DNA of 24,000 bases from an uncultured Phycisphaerales bacterium (GCA_963792535.1 CAWBWQ010000007.1:744865-768864), one strand, 5' to 3'. Counted from the first letter of the stretch, positions 1-8,770 are shown. Notes: a model not told the origin generated them from the sequence alone. Program-made: numbers and translations.

Positions 1-117
1 GACGAATTTAGGCACGATGACCGCTGCCAGAATAGCGAGGATCACCATGACAAGCAGAAGCTCGATAAGGGTAAAGGCGGTTCGATCAACACGACGTTTG
101 GGGCTTCGATAGTGCAT
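1..117 (-). CDS. prepilin-type N-terminal cleavage/methylation domain protein (T2SS pseudopilin, GspG-like); 5' part only, gene runs off the left edge
   Basis: The reverse strand from the ATG at 117 reads MHYRSPKRRVDRTAFTLIELLLVMVILAILAAVIVPKFV. A basic leader, FTLIELL and a hydrophobic helix form the type IV pilin-like signature. The gene lies directly downstream of gspE-gspF on the same strand, in the canonical E-F-G order. Confidence 0.75.
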   Translation of the reverse strand, partial: MHYRSPKRRVDRTAFTLIELLLVMVILAILAAVIVPKFV

Positions 118-212
118 AAGTTGTCCACGGTACTGTGGGCGCTGTTTGTCGTGGCACGCGGGAAGAAACGGTCTTCACAACGCGCCGTTGACAGCCGGCA
201 GCCCACCGATCT

Positions 213-1440
213 TCATTTCACAATGTCCTGCAGATCCAGGATCGGTAAAAGCATGCCGACGACGACGGTGCCGATCACACCGGCCATCAGAAATAACATC
301 ATCGGTTCACCGACGGCGACGAGCATTCGCAGTTGTCGATCCAGGTCCGCTTCATAAGTTGTCGAAATACGAAGCAGTTCCTTGTCCAGTCGCCCGGTTT
401 CCTCAGCGATCGCGATCATCTCAATCACCGTAGCGGGGAAAAGCTTGGGGCTGTCAGCCAGGCTTGTGGAAAGGCTAATGCCTCGCTGCACCTGCTCGAT
501 GGCATGGCTGACGGTGTCGGCCAATGTTTCGTTTCCAATCGCCTCGCGCGGTTCGAAGTGCCGAGACCAGTGAAACACCCGCTCCCACAAGTGTGCCGAG
601 CATGCGGGTAAACCGAACCAGCGCGAAATGGGCAACCACCTGCCCAAGCAGCGGAGTGCCCAGCATGATGACTTCCATGCGCCGGCGGCCGTTGCGGGTT
701 TGAGCGCCCTGGTAAACAGATATGCCCGCGATGATCAGAATCGCTCCCGCCAGCGCGCCCCACCACGACCCCACGAGGTGGCTCACCGAGATGATAAAAA
801 CGGTCAGCGCCGGCAGGCTGGCTCCGAATTGAGCGAAGATACCGCTGAATTTGGGGATGAAAAATGTCAGCAGAAAGATCAGCACGCCTACTGCGAGCAC
901 CGCCAGCACCACAGGGTAAACCATGGCGGCTTTCACCTTGCCCATTAAATCCTGCTCGCGCGTGCGGAAATCGGAGATCTGCGTCAGTACCACATCGAGA
1001 AATCCGCCGGCCTCGCCGGCGCGAACCATGGCGATATAAACGGTTGAGAAATTCTTGGGATGTTTCGCCAGGGCATCGCCCAGCGAGGTTCCGCCGACCA
1101 CGTCGTCATGCAGATCGCTCCAGAGTCGCTTGGCCGCGGGATTCGACGACTCGCGGCGAAGCAGCGCCATCGCCCGGCTGAGGGGAACGCCGCCAGCGAG
1201 CAGGTTTGCCAGTTCCCGCGTGAAGTTCTCCACCGACTTGGTGGAGACCCGCCCTGCGCGGCCGTTTTTGTCTTCGCTGGCTTTTTTTGCCACTGCCTGA
1301 TCCGCTGACTCGTCCAGGCGGATGGGCGAAAGCCCGTCGCGGTTCATCTGCGCGATGGCCGCGGCGCGAGATTCGGCCGCCAGCTTACCGCTTGTCGTGC
1401 GACCGTCTTTGGATAGAGCCGTGTAGGCGAATGCGGGCAT
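213..1440 (-). pseudogene. gspF: type II secretion / type IV pilus platform protein, GspF/PilC family; frame disrupted (net +1 nt near 545-550)
   Basis: ORFs 475..1449 (324 aa) and 213..647 (144 aa) are the N- and C-terminal parts of one GspF-family protein. Both halves carry the duplicated motif (AMVRAGEAGGFLD and IAIAEETGRLDKEL), and the C-terminal TM is EPMMLFLMAGVIGTVVVGMLLPI. The junction reads ...ALRTAR / EAIGNETL.... The span is 3n+1 nt. The likely start is the ATG at 1440 (MPAFAYTALS); a GTG at 1449 is also in frame. Confidence 0.88.
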
Positions 1441-1509
1441 AAAAATCACTCAAAATCTCGAACGACCATCAAGTCGTGCCATCATGCCACCGCTGAAAAC
1501 AGCCGGGCG

Positions 1510-3275
1510 TTACTGCTCCCGGCTTGCGGCGACCGCTGCGAGTTCCGCCGCGCCGACCGCGGTTTCCTCGTCCTTGGTCATTCTCAATACTTCCTCGGGT
1601 GTGGTTTTGCCTTCGCCAATCAAGCGCCAACCGTCCTCGCGCAGGCTGCTCATGCCCTGGCGGATCGCGACTTTGCGAATATCACGCGAGCTGGAGTGGT
1701 TTTGAATCAATGTCCTTATTTCATCGGACACCGGCATCATTTCAAACACACCCTGCCGGCCGCGGTACCCGCTGCCCTGGCAGTTGCGGCAACCTTTGCC
1801 GCGGAACAACACCTCGGGAACATAATCGCCGTACTGTTCTTTCAGCTTGTCCACTTCTTCCCGCGGCATTTCAGCCTTGCAATGCTTGCAGATCAAACGC
1901 ACCAGGCGTTGAGCGCATACCATTTCCAATGTCGAGCTGACCAGATAGGGCTCTACCCCCATGTCCACCAGTCGCGTGCACGCCCCCGGCGCGTCATTCG
2001 TGTGCAGCGTGCTGAAAACCAGGTGGCCCGTCAGCGATGCCTGCACGGCAATCTCAGCTGTTTCCTTATCGCGAATTTCACCGATGAGGACCACGTCCGG
2101 ATCGTGACGAAGAATCGGCGCAGGCCCGCGCCAAAGGTCAATCCCGATTTGTTATTGACATTGATCTGATTGATCCCGCGGAGCTGGTATTCAACAGGAT
2201 CTTCGATCGTGATGAGTTTGAGGTCGGTCTGATTGATTTTGGTCAACGCCGAGTAAAGCGTCGTCGTTTTACCCGAGCCGGTCGGCCCGGTGACGAGAAT
2301 GATTCCGTGCGGAAGATCGAGAATCTGATCCCAGATTCGCGTTTCCCGCTTGGCCATGCCCAGATGCTCCAGACCGAAACTGGCGTCGCCGCGATCGAGA
2401 ATGCGAAGCACAACCGCTTCACCGTGTACCATTGGAATCACACTGACGCGCAGATCGATTTCACGGCCGGCCACTTTCAACCGGATACGACCGTCCTGGG
2501 GAATGCGCTTCTCGGCGATGTCGAGATGGCTCAGAATTTTCAATCGTGAAACAATCGCGGCCTGATATTTCCGAACCGACGGGGGAATGTTCGCTTCAAT
2601 CAACACGCCGTCCACGCGGTAACGAACCCGGAGCATGTCCTCGAACGGTTCGACGTGCACATCGGTAGCGCGCGATTCCAAAGCCTCGGCCAGCACCTGG
2701 TTCACAAATTTGATAATCGACGCATCCTGCGCCGCGTTGGAAAGATCCAGATCGTCACTGTGCGTTTCATCAACAACGGTGACACCGTCATCTTCGACGC
2801 CCATCGACTGCAGCGTGTCGGCGCCTACACCCAGATATTTCTTGGCGAAACGATCCACCTCGGCGGCGGGCGCAATAGCAGGATGGATTTCCAATCCGGT
2901 CGCGAGCCGCAATTCATCCAGTCCATGATGGTCGAATACTTTGGAAGTAACGACGGTGAGTTCACCAGCGGCGTGGCCGTTAAAATTGGCCAGCGGCATC
3001 AAGCGGTGATCCACCAGGATGCGGGCGGGCAGTTTACCGAGCACTTCTTTTGAAGGAGCGTATTTCTCGCCGTCGGTTTCGAGATCGACATACGGAATTT
3101 CGAAGTAATTCCCGAGGAAACGGAGAATTTTTTCCTCGACCGCCCCTTTGGCGGCTTTTAACGCTTCATCCAGCGAAACGCCCGATGCAACCGCGCGACC
3201 CACCTGGTCGGCAGCTTCGCTGTCGAGCAAACCCTCCTGCACAAGCTTATTTACAATCGCGTCCAAGGGGATCAA
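1510..3275 (-). pseudogene. gspE: type II secretion ATPase GspE/PilB family; frame disrupted (net -1 nt near 2113-2122)
   Basis: The 414-aa ORF 2031..3275 has an N-terminal T2SE_Nter-like domain, Walker A GPTGSGKTTT, and [30 protein letters not shown]. The 194-aa ORF 1510..2094 continues with [34 protein letters not shown] and the CxxC...CxxC zinc motif (CKHCK...[17 protein letters not shown]). Reading the other frame across 2095-2120 gives [16 protein letters not shown], so one base is missing after GLR. The start is a TTG at 3275 preceded by AAGAAGG. Confidence 0.92.
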
Positions 3276-3332
3276 TACCTTCTTTGAGTAGTACGTGAAC
3301 CGGGCACGCCGGTCCGGAGCTTTTTATTTACA

Positions 3333-3373
3333 CCGGTTCCCTCTCCCGCGATTTTTCACGGGAGAGGGAACGG
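3333..3373 (-). terminator. strong stem-loop between the stress module and gspE; possible terminator or attenuator lacking a U-tract
   Basis: GTTCCCTCTCCCG (3336-3348) pairs perfectly with CGGGAGAGGGAAC (3359-3371). Two more pairs follow a 1-nt bulge, and the loop is 10 nt. On the minus strand the hairpin is followed by an A-rich run rather than a U-rich run, so it is not a canonical intrinsic terminator. Confidence 0.35.
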
Positions 3374-3434
3374 TCTGGCACGTCCGGGGGCACTCCCCAC
3401 CGAAGCGGCAAGTGCCGTGATCGCCAGTCCTTTA

Positions 3435-4002
3435 TTATTCGAGCATGCCAGCCTGCACAAGCACCGCTTCCTGCCGCGCGGTCAGAACGCTCTTCAGGTC
3501 TTCCTGGGCTTTGGCCAGGTCATCCTTGGCGGCCTTGCGGGCGTCGCGAAGTGCCTGCAACTTGGTCTTGATGTCGTCAGGAGTTGAGTCCTTATTGTCC
3601 AGTGTCTTTTTCAAATCCTCAGCAGCAGCCTGCGTCGCTGAAGGAGCGGCAGCCTGTCCACCACCGCCGCCACCACCGCCAGGACCACCACGACCACGAC
3701 CCCGACCGAACATTCCTCCCATGGCATCACGCTGGGCCTGCATTACTTTCTGGATTTTCGGTTGAATCACACCGGTGAATTCATCATCCGTTGCGCCCAA
3801 GTCGGTCTTGAGCTGATCCATGCGCTGCTGCATCCAGTTACCGCGACCACCTACCACCACCACCACCACCACCTCCTCCGCCCCCACCACCACCTCCTCC
3901 GCCCCCACCACCTCCGTTATTATTCTGCCCGAAGCTCGGCGTTGAAACCGCGGCGAGCATCATCACAAACATTGCACAGAAGAAACGAAATTTCCCGGAC
4001 AT
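3435..4002 (-). CDS. secreted glycine-rich / coiled-coil protein with C-terminal LTxxQ-like motif; frame disrupted inside the poly-Gly tract (extra nt at about 3852)
   Basis: The ATG at 4002 is preceded by AGGAGA. The signal peptide is MSGKFRFFCAMFVMMLAAVSTPSFGQ, followed by NNN and 21 Gly codons. One extra base then shifts into the frame of ORF 3435..3911 (GGRGNWMQQRMDQLKTDL...GRGRGRGGPGGGGGGGG...LTARQEAVLVQAGMLE). The span is 3n+1 nt. Confidence 0.55.
3846..3915 (-). repeat. GGN codon repeat tract containing a 21-nt tandem duplication (3871-3891 and 3892-3912)
   Basis: Plus-strand ACCTCCTCCGCCCCCACCACC occurs twice in tandem and is preceded by an (ACC)n run. The tract encodes the poly-Gly segment. 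Confidence 0.85.
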
Positions 4003-4099
4003 GAGAGTCTCCTTTCGAGACAGGACAGCCGGGCATGCAAAAGCAGACCCGAGCGGTTGGTCAGCGATCACCGACTCCGGTGAAACGCATATTTTTTTC

Positions 4100-4658
4100 T
4101 TACGATGGCGCGGTTCCCGCTCCATGCGCCCCGGTATCGGGGGGTTGAGTTGACGGTTCGTTGTTATGCATTCGTCCCGGTCCGCCCGGTCCGCCTGGGC
4201 CGTGATGATCGTGGTCGTGCATGTCTTTCTGCATTGCGTCCCATTTCACCTGCTGATCCGGCGTCAACAACGCCCGACTGCGATCGTTGGCAGCGTGAAA
4301 AAGCGCCTCGCGCTCCTTGTCGATCTCCTGACGCTTTGCGCGCGCGTCGGTGTAAATCTTGTCGTACGCCACCAGCTGCTCCGGCGTCATTCAGCGCCCG
4401 AACGGCGGTGTCGCGGTCTTTATCCAGTCCATGCCGGCGGTCGTTCAGTTTGTCCACCTGCAGTTTCACATCCGCCCAGATCTCATCCATGCTTTTGCGC
4501 TGATCTGGCGCCAGCGCCAAGGTGTCTTGAAACCACCCGCGATTGTGATCGGCGCCACGCGCTGCGACATGCAGGCAAGTCGACAGGCGACCGACCACCA
4601 GGCCGGCGCTGAGGACCATCACAGCCGCCGTTGAGAGAAAAATTGTGCTTCGCTGCAT
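4100..4658 (-). pseudogene. membrane-anchored periplasmic Spy/CpxP-like (LTxxQ repeat) protein with His-rich tail; frame disrupted (net +1 nt near 4388-4394)
   Basis: ORF 4164..4658 gives the N-terminal TM MQRSTIFLSTAAVMVLSAGLVVG and then LAPDQRKSMDEIW...DTAVRAL. ORF 4100..4390 continues with MTPEQLVAYDKIY...LLTPDQQVKWDAMQKDMHDHDHHGPGGPGGPG. Repeated (L/M)(T/A)PxQ motifs characterise the LTXXQ/Spy/CpxP family. The span is 3n+1 nt. Confidence 0.6.
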
Positions 4659-4680
4659 TCGTTTGCCACCGCCAGGGGCA

Positions 4681-5133
4681 TTACGGATTTACATCAGAAC
4701 TGTTTCGTGAATCGGCCAGGTACCACGCCGCCGCGGGTGTGGGAGCGTCGCTGACGACAGGATCAGCCGACGCCTGCGAGACCACCCAGGGTGGAACCGA
4801 CGCGGCAACCGAGGGATCGCTCGCCTTTGCAAGCCAGATAGAACCGGCCAGTAAAACCGCCGCAGCGATGCCACTGACCTCCCAGGCCCAGCGAATCAAT
4901 CCGCGTTCGATGACTTCGTCCAGCTTCGAATGAATGCGACGCAGCGAGATCTGCGAAAGACCGTCAGGCGCGTTCGACGCCAGCAGCGCGGATATCTGCC
5001 TGAGCTGATCGATCCGTTTCATGCAGGCCTCGCACCATGCGAGATGGACCGACATTGCCGCATGATGATCCGCGGGGAGTTCACCGTCGTGGTATGCGGA
5101 CAACTGCAGATCGTCTGGGTGATTTTCAATCAT
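4681..5133 (-). CDS. anti-sigma factor, zf-HC2 type, single TM
   Basis: The sequence LSAYHDGELPADHHAAMSVHLAWCEACMKRIDQL contains the H-x3-C-x2-C motif. A TM follows (WAWEVSGIAAAVLLAGSIWLA). The gene lies directly downstream of the ECF sigma gene. The start is ambiguous: ATG at 5133 (MIENHPDD) or in-frame TTG at 5172. Confidence 0.75.
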   Translation of the reverse strand: MIENHPDDLQLSAYHDGELPADHHAAMSVHLAWCEACMKRIDQLRQISALLASNAPDGLSQISLRRIHSKLDEVIERGLIRWAWEVSGIAAAVLLAGSIWLAKASDPSVAASVPPWVVSQASADPVVSDAPTPAAAWYLADSRNSSDVNP

Positions 5134-5156
5134 CTGATCACTCGAGCAACCACTCA

Positions 5157-5183
5157 CTTCAACTGATTTCAACAGGTTTCAAC
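5157..5183. repeat. three copies of (T/C)TTCAAC at a 10-bp period in the sigma/anti-sigma junction
   Basis: Plus-strand copies are CTTCAAC at 5157-5163, TTTCAAC at 5167-5173 and TTTCAAC at 5177-5183. The minus strand reads GTTGAAAcctGTTGAAAtcaGTTGAAG. The last copy is part of a near-palindrome, GTTTCAACGTGAAAC. Confidence 0.7.
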
Positions 5184-5202
5184 GTGAAACCGATTCAGCA
5201 CA

Positions 5203-5772
5203 TCAATCCGGCAGATACGCCTTCAACTTTTTCTTCAACTCGGCCCGTGCCCGGAACAACCTGGATTCGATTGTTCCGCGCGGCAGACCCAGCACCTCGG
5301 CGATCTGCTCGTAAGCCATCCCGTCAATTTCCCGCAGCACGAGCACTTCGCGATGCTCCGGAGAGAGCTGCTGCAGCGTTGCGTCGATATCCAGCCTCGC
5401 GTCCACTGCAGCAGAGCCACCATCGGGCACGGCCTGCTTGACATCCGACACCAGCGAAAGCTCGCGTTTGCCATGCCGGCTGCGCCAAAACTTTGCCGCC
5501 TGCGTGATGACGATTCGCGTCAACCAGGACCGCACGGAAGAGCGGTATTCGAATTTCTTCGCGCCGCGAAAAGCGCCCGCCAGCGCTTCCTGCAACACAT
5601 CTTCGGCATCACTGGCATTACCGACCAGCGACATCGCCACGCGATAAAGCCCATCCGCATGCCGTTCCACCAGCTGGTGGAACGCCTTCCCATTGCCCGC
5701 ACCGGCTTGTCGAAGCAGTTCCGCGTCGGCATCGGGCTCGGTGGAAAAGTCAGTGTTCGCGTTAACATCCAT
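5203..5772 (-). CDS. RNA polymerase ECF-type sigma-70 factor
   Basis: The protein is 189 aa. Region 2 is AFHQLVERHADGLYRVAMSLVGNASDAEDVLQEA. Region 4 HTH is REVLVLREIDGMAYEQIAEVLGLPRGTIESRLFRARAELKK. Confidence 0.9.
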   Translation of the reverse strand: MDVNANTDFSTEPDADAELLRQAGAGNGKAFHQLVERHADGLYRVAMSLVGNASDAEDVLQEALAGAFRGAKKFEYRSSVRSWLTRIVITQAAKFWRSRHGKRELSLVSDVKQAVPDGGSAAVDARLDIDATLQQLSPEHREVLVLREIDGMAYEQIAEVLGLPRGTIESRLFRARAELKKKLKAYLPD

Positions 5773-5996
5773 TAGTTGCGCAGCGCCTCGCCGTTCTTCC
5801 GTAAAAAATCCTCCGAATCAAATTATTCTTTATTTGATGAAAATTGGCGATGGGATTTGCGGAATTGCCTTGGTGCGCATCATCGGTTGATAAATGTTGT
5901 GCGCAGTCGCAAACGCAAGGTGTTTGCCACCAGGTACAGACATGCAACTATGCGAAACTGCGAGGGGACGACGGGGCGCCTAACTTTGAGTTTTGG

Positions 5997-6581
5997 TCAG
6001 CTTGCGATTGTTCCCAGCGGAAGGACTGTCTTGTGGTTGACCTCGTTCAGCACCTGTGCAAGTCCAGTATAACAGGCAGCCAAACCGCAGAAGATGCCTT
6101 CGAACCCGGTGATGTGCTCAAAACTCTCGCCGAGCCCAAATAAATGCTTGGAGGCAAGCATGAAAAACAGAATAAACAACGTGCCGAAGACAACCTGCAA
6201 CGCCCTGCTCAGGCGCAGTGTGCCAAGGAATAATCCAAGCGTGAAAAGTCCCCATACCAGAAGATAAGAACCCATGGCGGCATCATCGGCCTTAAAAGCG
6301 GGGTCAATTTTCGGCAGAAGAACGATCGCCACGAGGGACAGCCAGAAAAATCCATACGACACGAATGCGGTCATGCCGAAGGTGTTGTTCTTCTTAAATT
6401 CAAGCACCCCGGCAATCACCTGGGCGGCCCCGCCGTAGCACAATCCCATGCCCAGGATCATAGCGTTCATCTTGAAAAATCCGGCGTTGCTCAGATTCAG
6501 CAGTACAGTCGTCATTCCAAATCCGAACAATCCCAGCGGGGCAGGATTTGCATACGACGGACGCGATTCGAGCATGGTCAT
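5997..6581 (-). CDS. satP: GPR1/FUN34/YaaH family acetate/succinate channel (SatP-like)
   Basis: The NPAPLGLFGFGMTT signature is present along with six hydrophobic segments. The start is taken at MTMLESRPSYANPAP, preceded by AGGAAA. The ORF extends in frame up to 6632. Confidence 0.82.
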   Translation of the reverse strand: MTMLESRPSYANPAPLGLFGFGMTTVLLNLSNAGFFKMNAMILGMGLCYGGAAQVIAGVLEFKKNNTFGMTAFVSYGFFWLSLVAIVLLPKIDPAFKADDAAMGSYLLVWGLFTLGLFLGTLRLSRALQVVFGTLFILFFMLASKHLFGLGESFEHITGFEGIFCGLAACYTGLAQVLNEVNHKTVLPLGTIAS

Positions 6582-6751
6582 GGTGTTTTCCTGTTGATGG
6601 ATATGAGCCAGATGCCTGCCTGAAAGCTTCACCTGAGCCTGCCGATTGGTGTATCAATTCCCCTGGTAGATGTCAAAATTTAGTCGTGTGGCGTGAGTTC
6701 AAAAGGCACACGCGTTTTCGTTTCCCCCGAAATTAGCGTAAGTTCGGGGCT

Positions 6752-8287
6752 ATGTCCGTTTTGACTCACGCGTGCGAATTGAATGAGATGGAATTGAATC
6801 GTGGCATTCGCGCATCAAAATCAGAATGGCCTTTTGCGATACTCGCCATCGCGATTTTTTCGCTGATGTCGATCACGATGGCGTTGATCTCCACCGGATT
6901 TCTCGAAGGTGACGCTTGCTCGCATTTTCTGGCCGCCAAGGCAGCTTTCGCCAACCCGGCCTATCTGGTGAATGTCTGGGGACGGCCTGTTTGCACCGGG
7001 CTGTATGCCATCCCCGCCCACTTCGGTGGGCGTATTGCCGTGCGGTTGACCAGTCTGGCGGTTGCGATTGTCATTTCGCTGATCACCCGAACCATAGCGG
7101 TGGGCCAGGGATGGAAATGGCCTACGCTGGCAATGCTTTTTCTGCTGGCCCAGCCCCTGGTGTTTCTGCATTCGTTCAGCGAACTGACCGAACTCCCGTT
7201 TGCGTTGCTCATTTCTGCAGGTTTCCTCGCGTATCAGCGCAAGCAGTTTTTCTGGCTGGCACTGGTCATGGGAATGACGCCGCTCAGCAGGCCGGAGGGA
7301 TTCGGTTTTCTTATACTGACTTTTGCAGCTTTGATACTGCACCGCCGCTGGTGGTGGTCCATTCTCCTGATTTTGCCGCTGATTTTATGGGATTATTCCG
7401 GCTGGCGCTTGAACGGCTCGCAGGGTGTCTGGTGGCATTGGCTTGGTAATAACTGGCCTTATTCTGAGCAAAGCCTCTACGACAAAGGCCCGCTGCTGTA
7501 CTTCGTGGGACTGATGCCTGCCGTCGTCTCACCGTTTCTGTTTCCCGCGACAGTCATTGGCACAGGGCTATGCCTGATGGGTCGAAGTTGGATCGGCCCG
7601 GCCGGTTGGATGCGCCAGGCCGTCGGGCAAAATCACCAGCGCCGCTGCGAAATACTGATCGCGATTTTGCCGCTGATGATCCTCGTCGGTCACAGTGTGC
7701 TTTACTGGCGCGGCAAGATGGCCAGCAACGGGGAAGTGCGCTACATGATGGTGGTTGCTCCATTCTGGGCGCTGCTCTCCGCCCGGGGATGGACCTGGAT
7801 CTTTACTGAAATGAACTGGCAGCGACCGTTTCTCTACGCCGCCGCGGCCGCCATGTTACCTGTGCTGGTGAATCGGGCCTGGACTGTCATCCCCATGGAT
7901 TTTAGTCCCGACTGGCGGGAAGCCCGACAAATTTCCAACTGGTACAAAAGCGATCCGATCCACACGACGTATCCTTACCTTGAAATATCGCACGTTGGCC
8001 TGCAGTTCTTCCTCGATATCGATCCTGAAAAGGGGCAGCTTCGCCCGTGGACCAAATCCGTGATCGATTCCCGCCCGCGCGGCACCTTGCTGATCTGGGA
8101 TCGGGTTGGCGCTTTGTTCAATTCCGACGCCCAGCGGAAGGTGCCGCTGGACGAAATCAGGGCCGCAGGATGGAAACAGATTCAGCTGCCGTGGACCAAT
8201 GGAGCGGGCGAATGGCAGTTTTTTGAAAGTGAACCGGCCGTTTCGGCACCTTCAAACGCAAAATTAAAGGCCGCAATCGAGAATTAA
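6752..8287 (+). CDS. polytopic membrane protein, GT-C-fold glycosyltransferase-like (ArnT/PMT-like)
   Basis: This is an intact 511-aa ORF. About 10 or more hydrophobic helices fill the first 370 aa, followed by a soluble C-terminal domain of about 140 aa. An acidic EGD motif sits in the first extracytoplasmic loop after TM1, as in GT-C enzymes. The family call rests on pattern recognition only. Confidence 0.5.
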   Translation: MSVLTHACELNEMELNRGIRASKSEWPFAILAIAIFSLMSITMALISTGFLEGDACSHFLAAKAAFANPAYLVNVWGRPVCTGLYAIPAHFGGRIAVRLTSLAVAIVISLITRTIAVGQGWKWPTLAMLFLLAQPLVFLHSFSELTELPFALLISAGFLAYQRKQFFWLALVMGMTPLSRPEGFGFLILTFAALILHRRWWWSILLILPLILWDYSGWRLNGSQGVWWHWLGNNWPYSEQSLYDKGPLLYFVGLMPAVVSPFLFPATVIGTGLCLMGRSWIGPAGWMRQAVGQNHQRRCEILIAILPLMILVGHSVLYWRGKMASNGEVRYMMVVAPFWALLSARGWTWIFTEMNWQRPFLYAAAAAMLPVLVNRAWTVIPMDFSPDWREARQISNWYKSDPIHTTYPYLEISHVGLQFFLDIDPEKGQLRPWTKSVIDSRPRGTLLIWDRVGALFNSDAQRKVPLDEIRAAGWKQIQLPWTNGAGEWQFFESEPAVSAPSNAKLKAAIEN

Positions 8288-8465
8288 TAGCCGGGGCCGA
8301 AAATTCACCCTGCCGGTTTAAGGGTATAACAAGAGGGACTTTCGATCTGAAATTCCCACTTTTCGCGTTTTCACCAGCACTGGACGCGCCCATCTGCTTT
8401 GGTAGACTCCCCGCCCCCTTCGACCAAGGGGATAGTGACGGAACGTTATTTCTGAAGGATCTGTG

Positions 8466-8750
8466 ATGGCTTACAAACTCAAGCCGCGGAAGGCCGTGGC
8501 CAAACGATTCAAAGTTTCCAAGACCGGCAAGCTGAAAGGCCATCACGGTTTTACCTCGCACCTGATGAGCAGCCGAAGCGGCAATAAGCGCCGCGCGCTG
8601 CGTAAGTCCGAAGTGGTCTTCGAAGGTCACGCCAAGAACCTGCGCAAGTTCATGGGCATCAGCAAACTGAAGCCGGCGAAAGTCGCGCATGAACGCGCGT
8701 TAGCCGCAAAGGCCGAGGCTAAAGAAACCGCAGCCGTCGCAGCTGAATAG
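8466..8750 (+). CDS. rpmI: 50S ribosomal protein L35, with an Ala/Lys/Glu-rich C-terminal extension of about 30 aa
   Basis: MAYKLKPRKAVAKRFKVSKTGKLKGHHGFTSHLMSSRSGNKRRALRK matches the L35 pattern. GAAGGA lies 6 nt upstream of the ATG at 8466. An in-frame GTG sits at 8463. Confidence 0.9.
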   Translation: MAYKLKPRKAVAKRFKVSKTGKLKGHHGFTSHLMSSRSGNKRRALRKSEVVFEGHAKNLRKFMGISKLKPAKVAHERALAAKAEAKETAAVAAE

Positions 8751-8770
8751 CTGCAGCTGAATAACTATTG

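Noticed and set aside
3376-3392. TGGCACgtccgggggca, a sigma-54-like -24 element.
   Set aside because: The GC of the putative -12 element is one position off the consensus spacing, and no plus-strand gene lies downstream.
3838-3915. The repetitive GGN/ACC array considered as a possible CRISPR or minisatellite.
   Set aside because: It has no repeat-spacer organisation. It is coding low-complexity sequence (poly-Gly) inside a gene.
5773-5996. A search for an autoregulated ECF promoter (GGAAC/TGAAAC -35 with a CGT-type -10) upstream of the sigma gene.
   Set aside because: Only loose matches turned up (for example GGAAGAAC about 21 nt before the ATG) at impossible spacing. I could not support a call.
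8157-8690. A 177-aa minus-strand ORF spanning the GT-C gene end, the intergenic region and rpmI.
   Set aside because: It overlaps two well-supported plus-strand genes and crosses a promoter region, and its translation is featureless.
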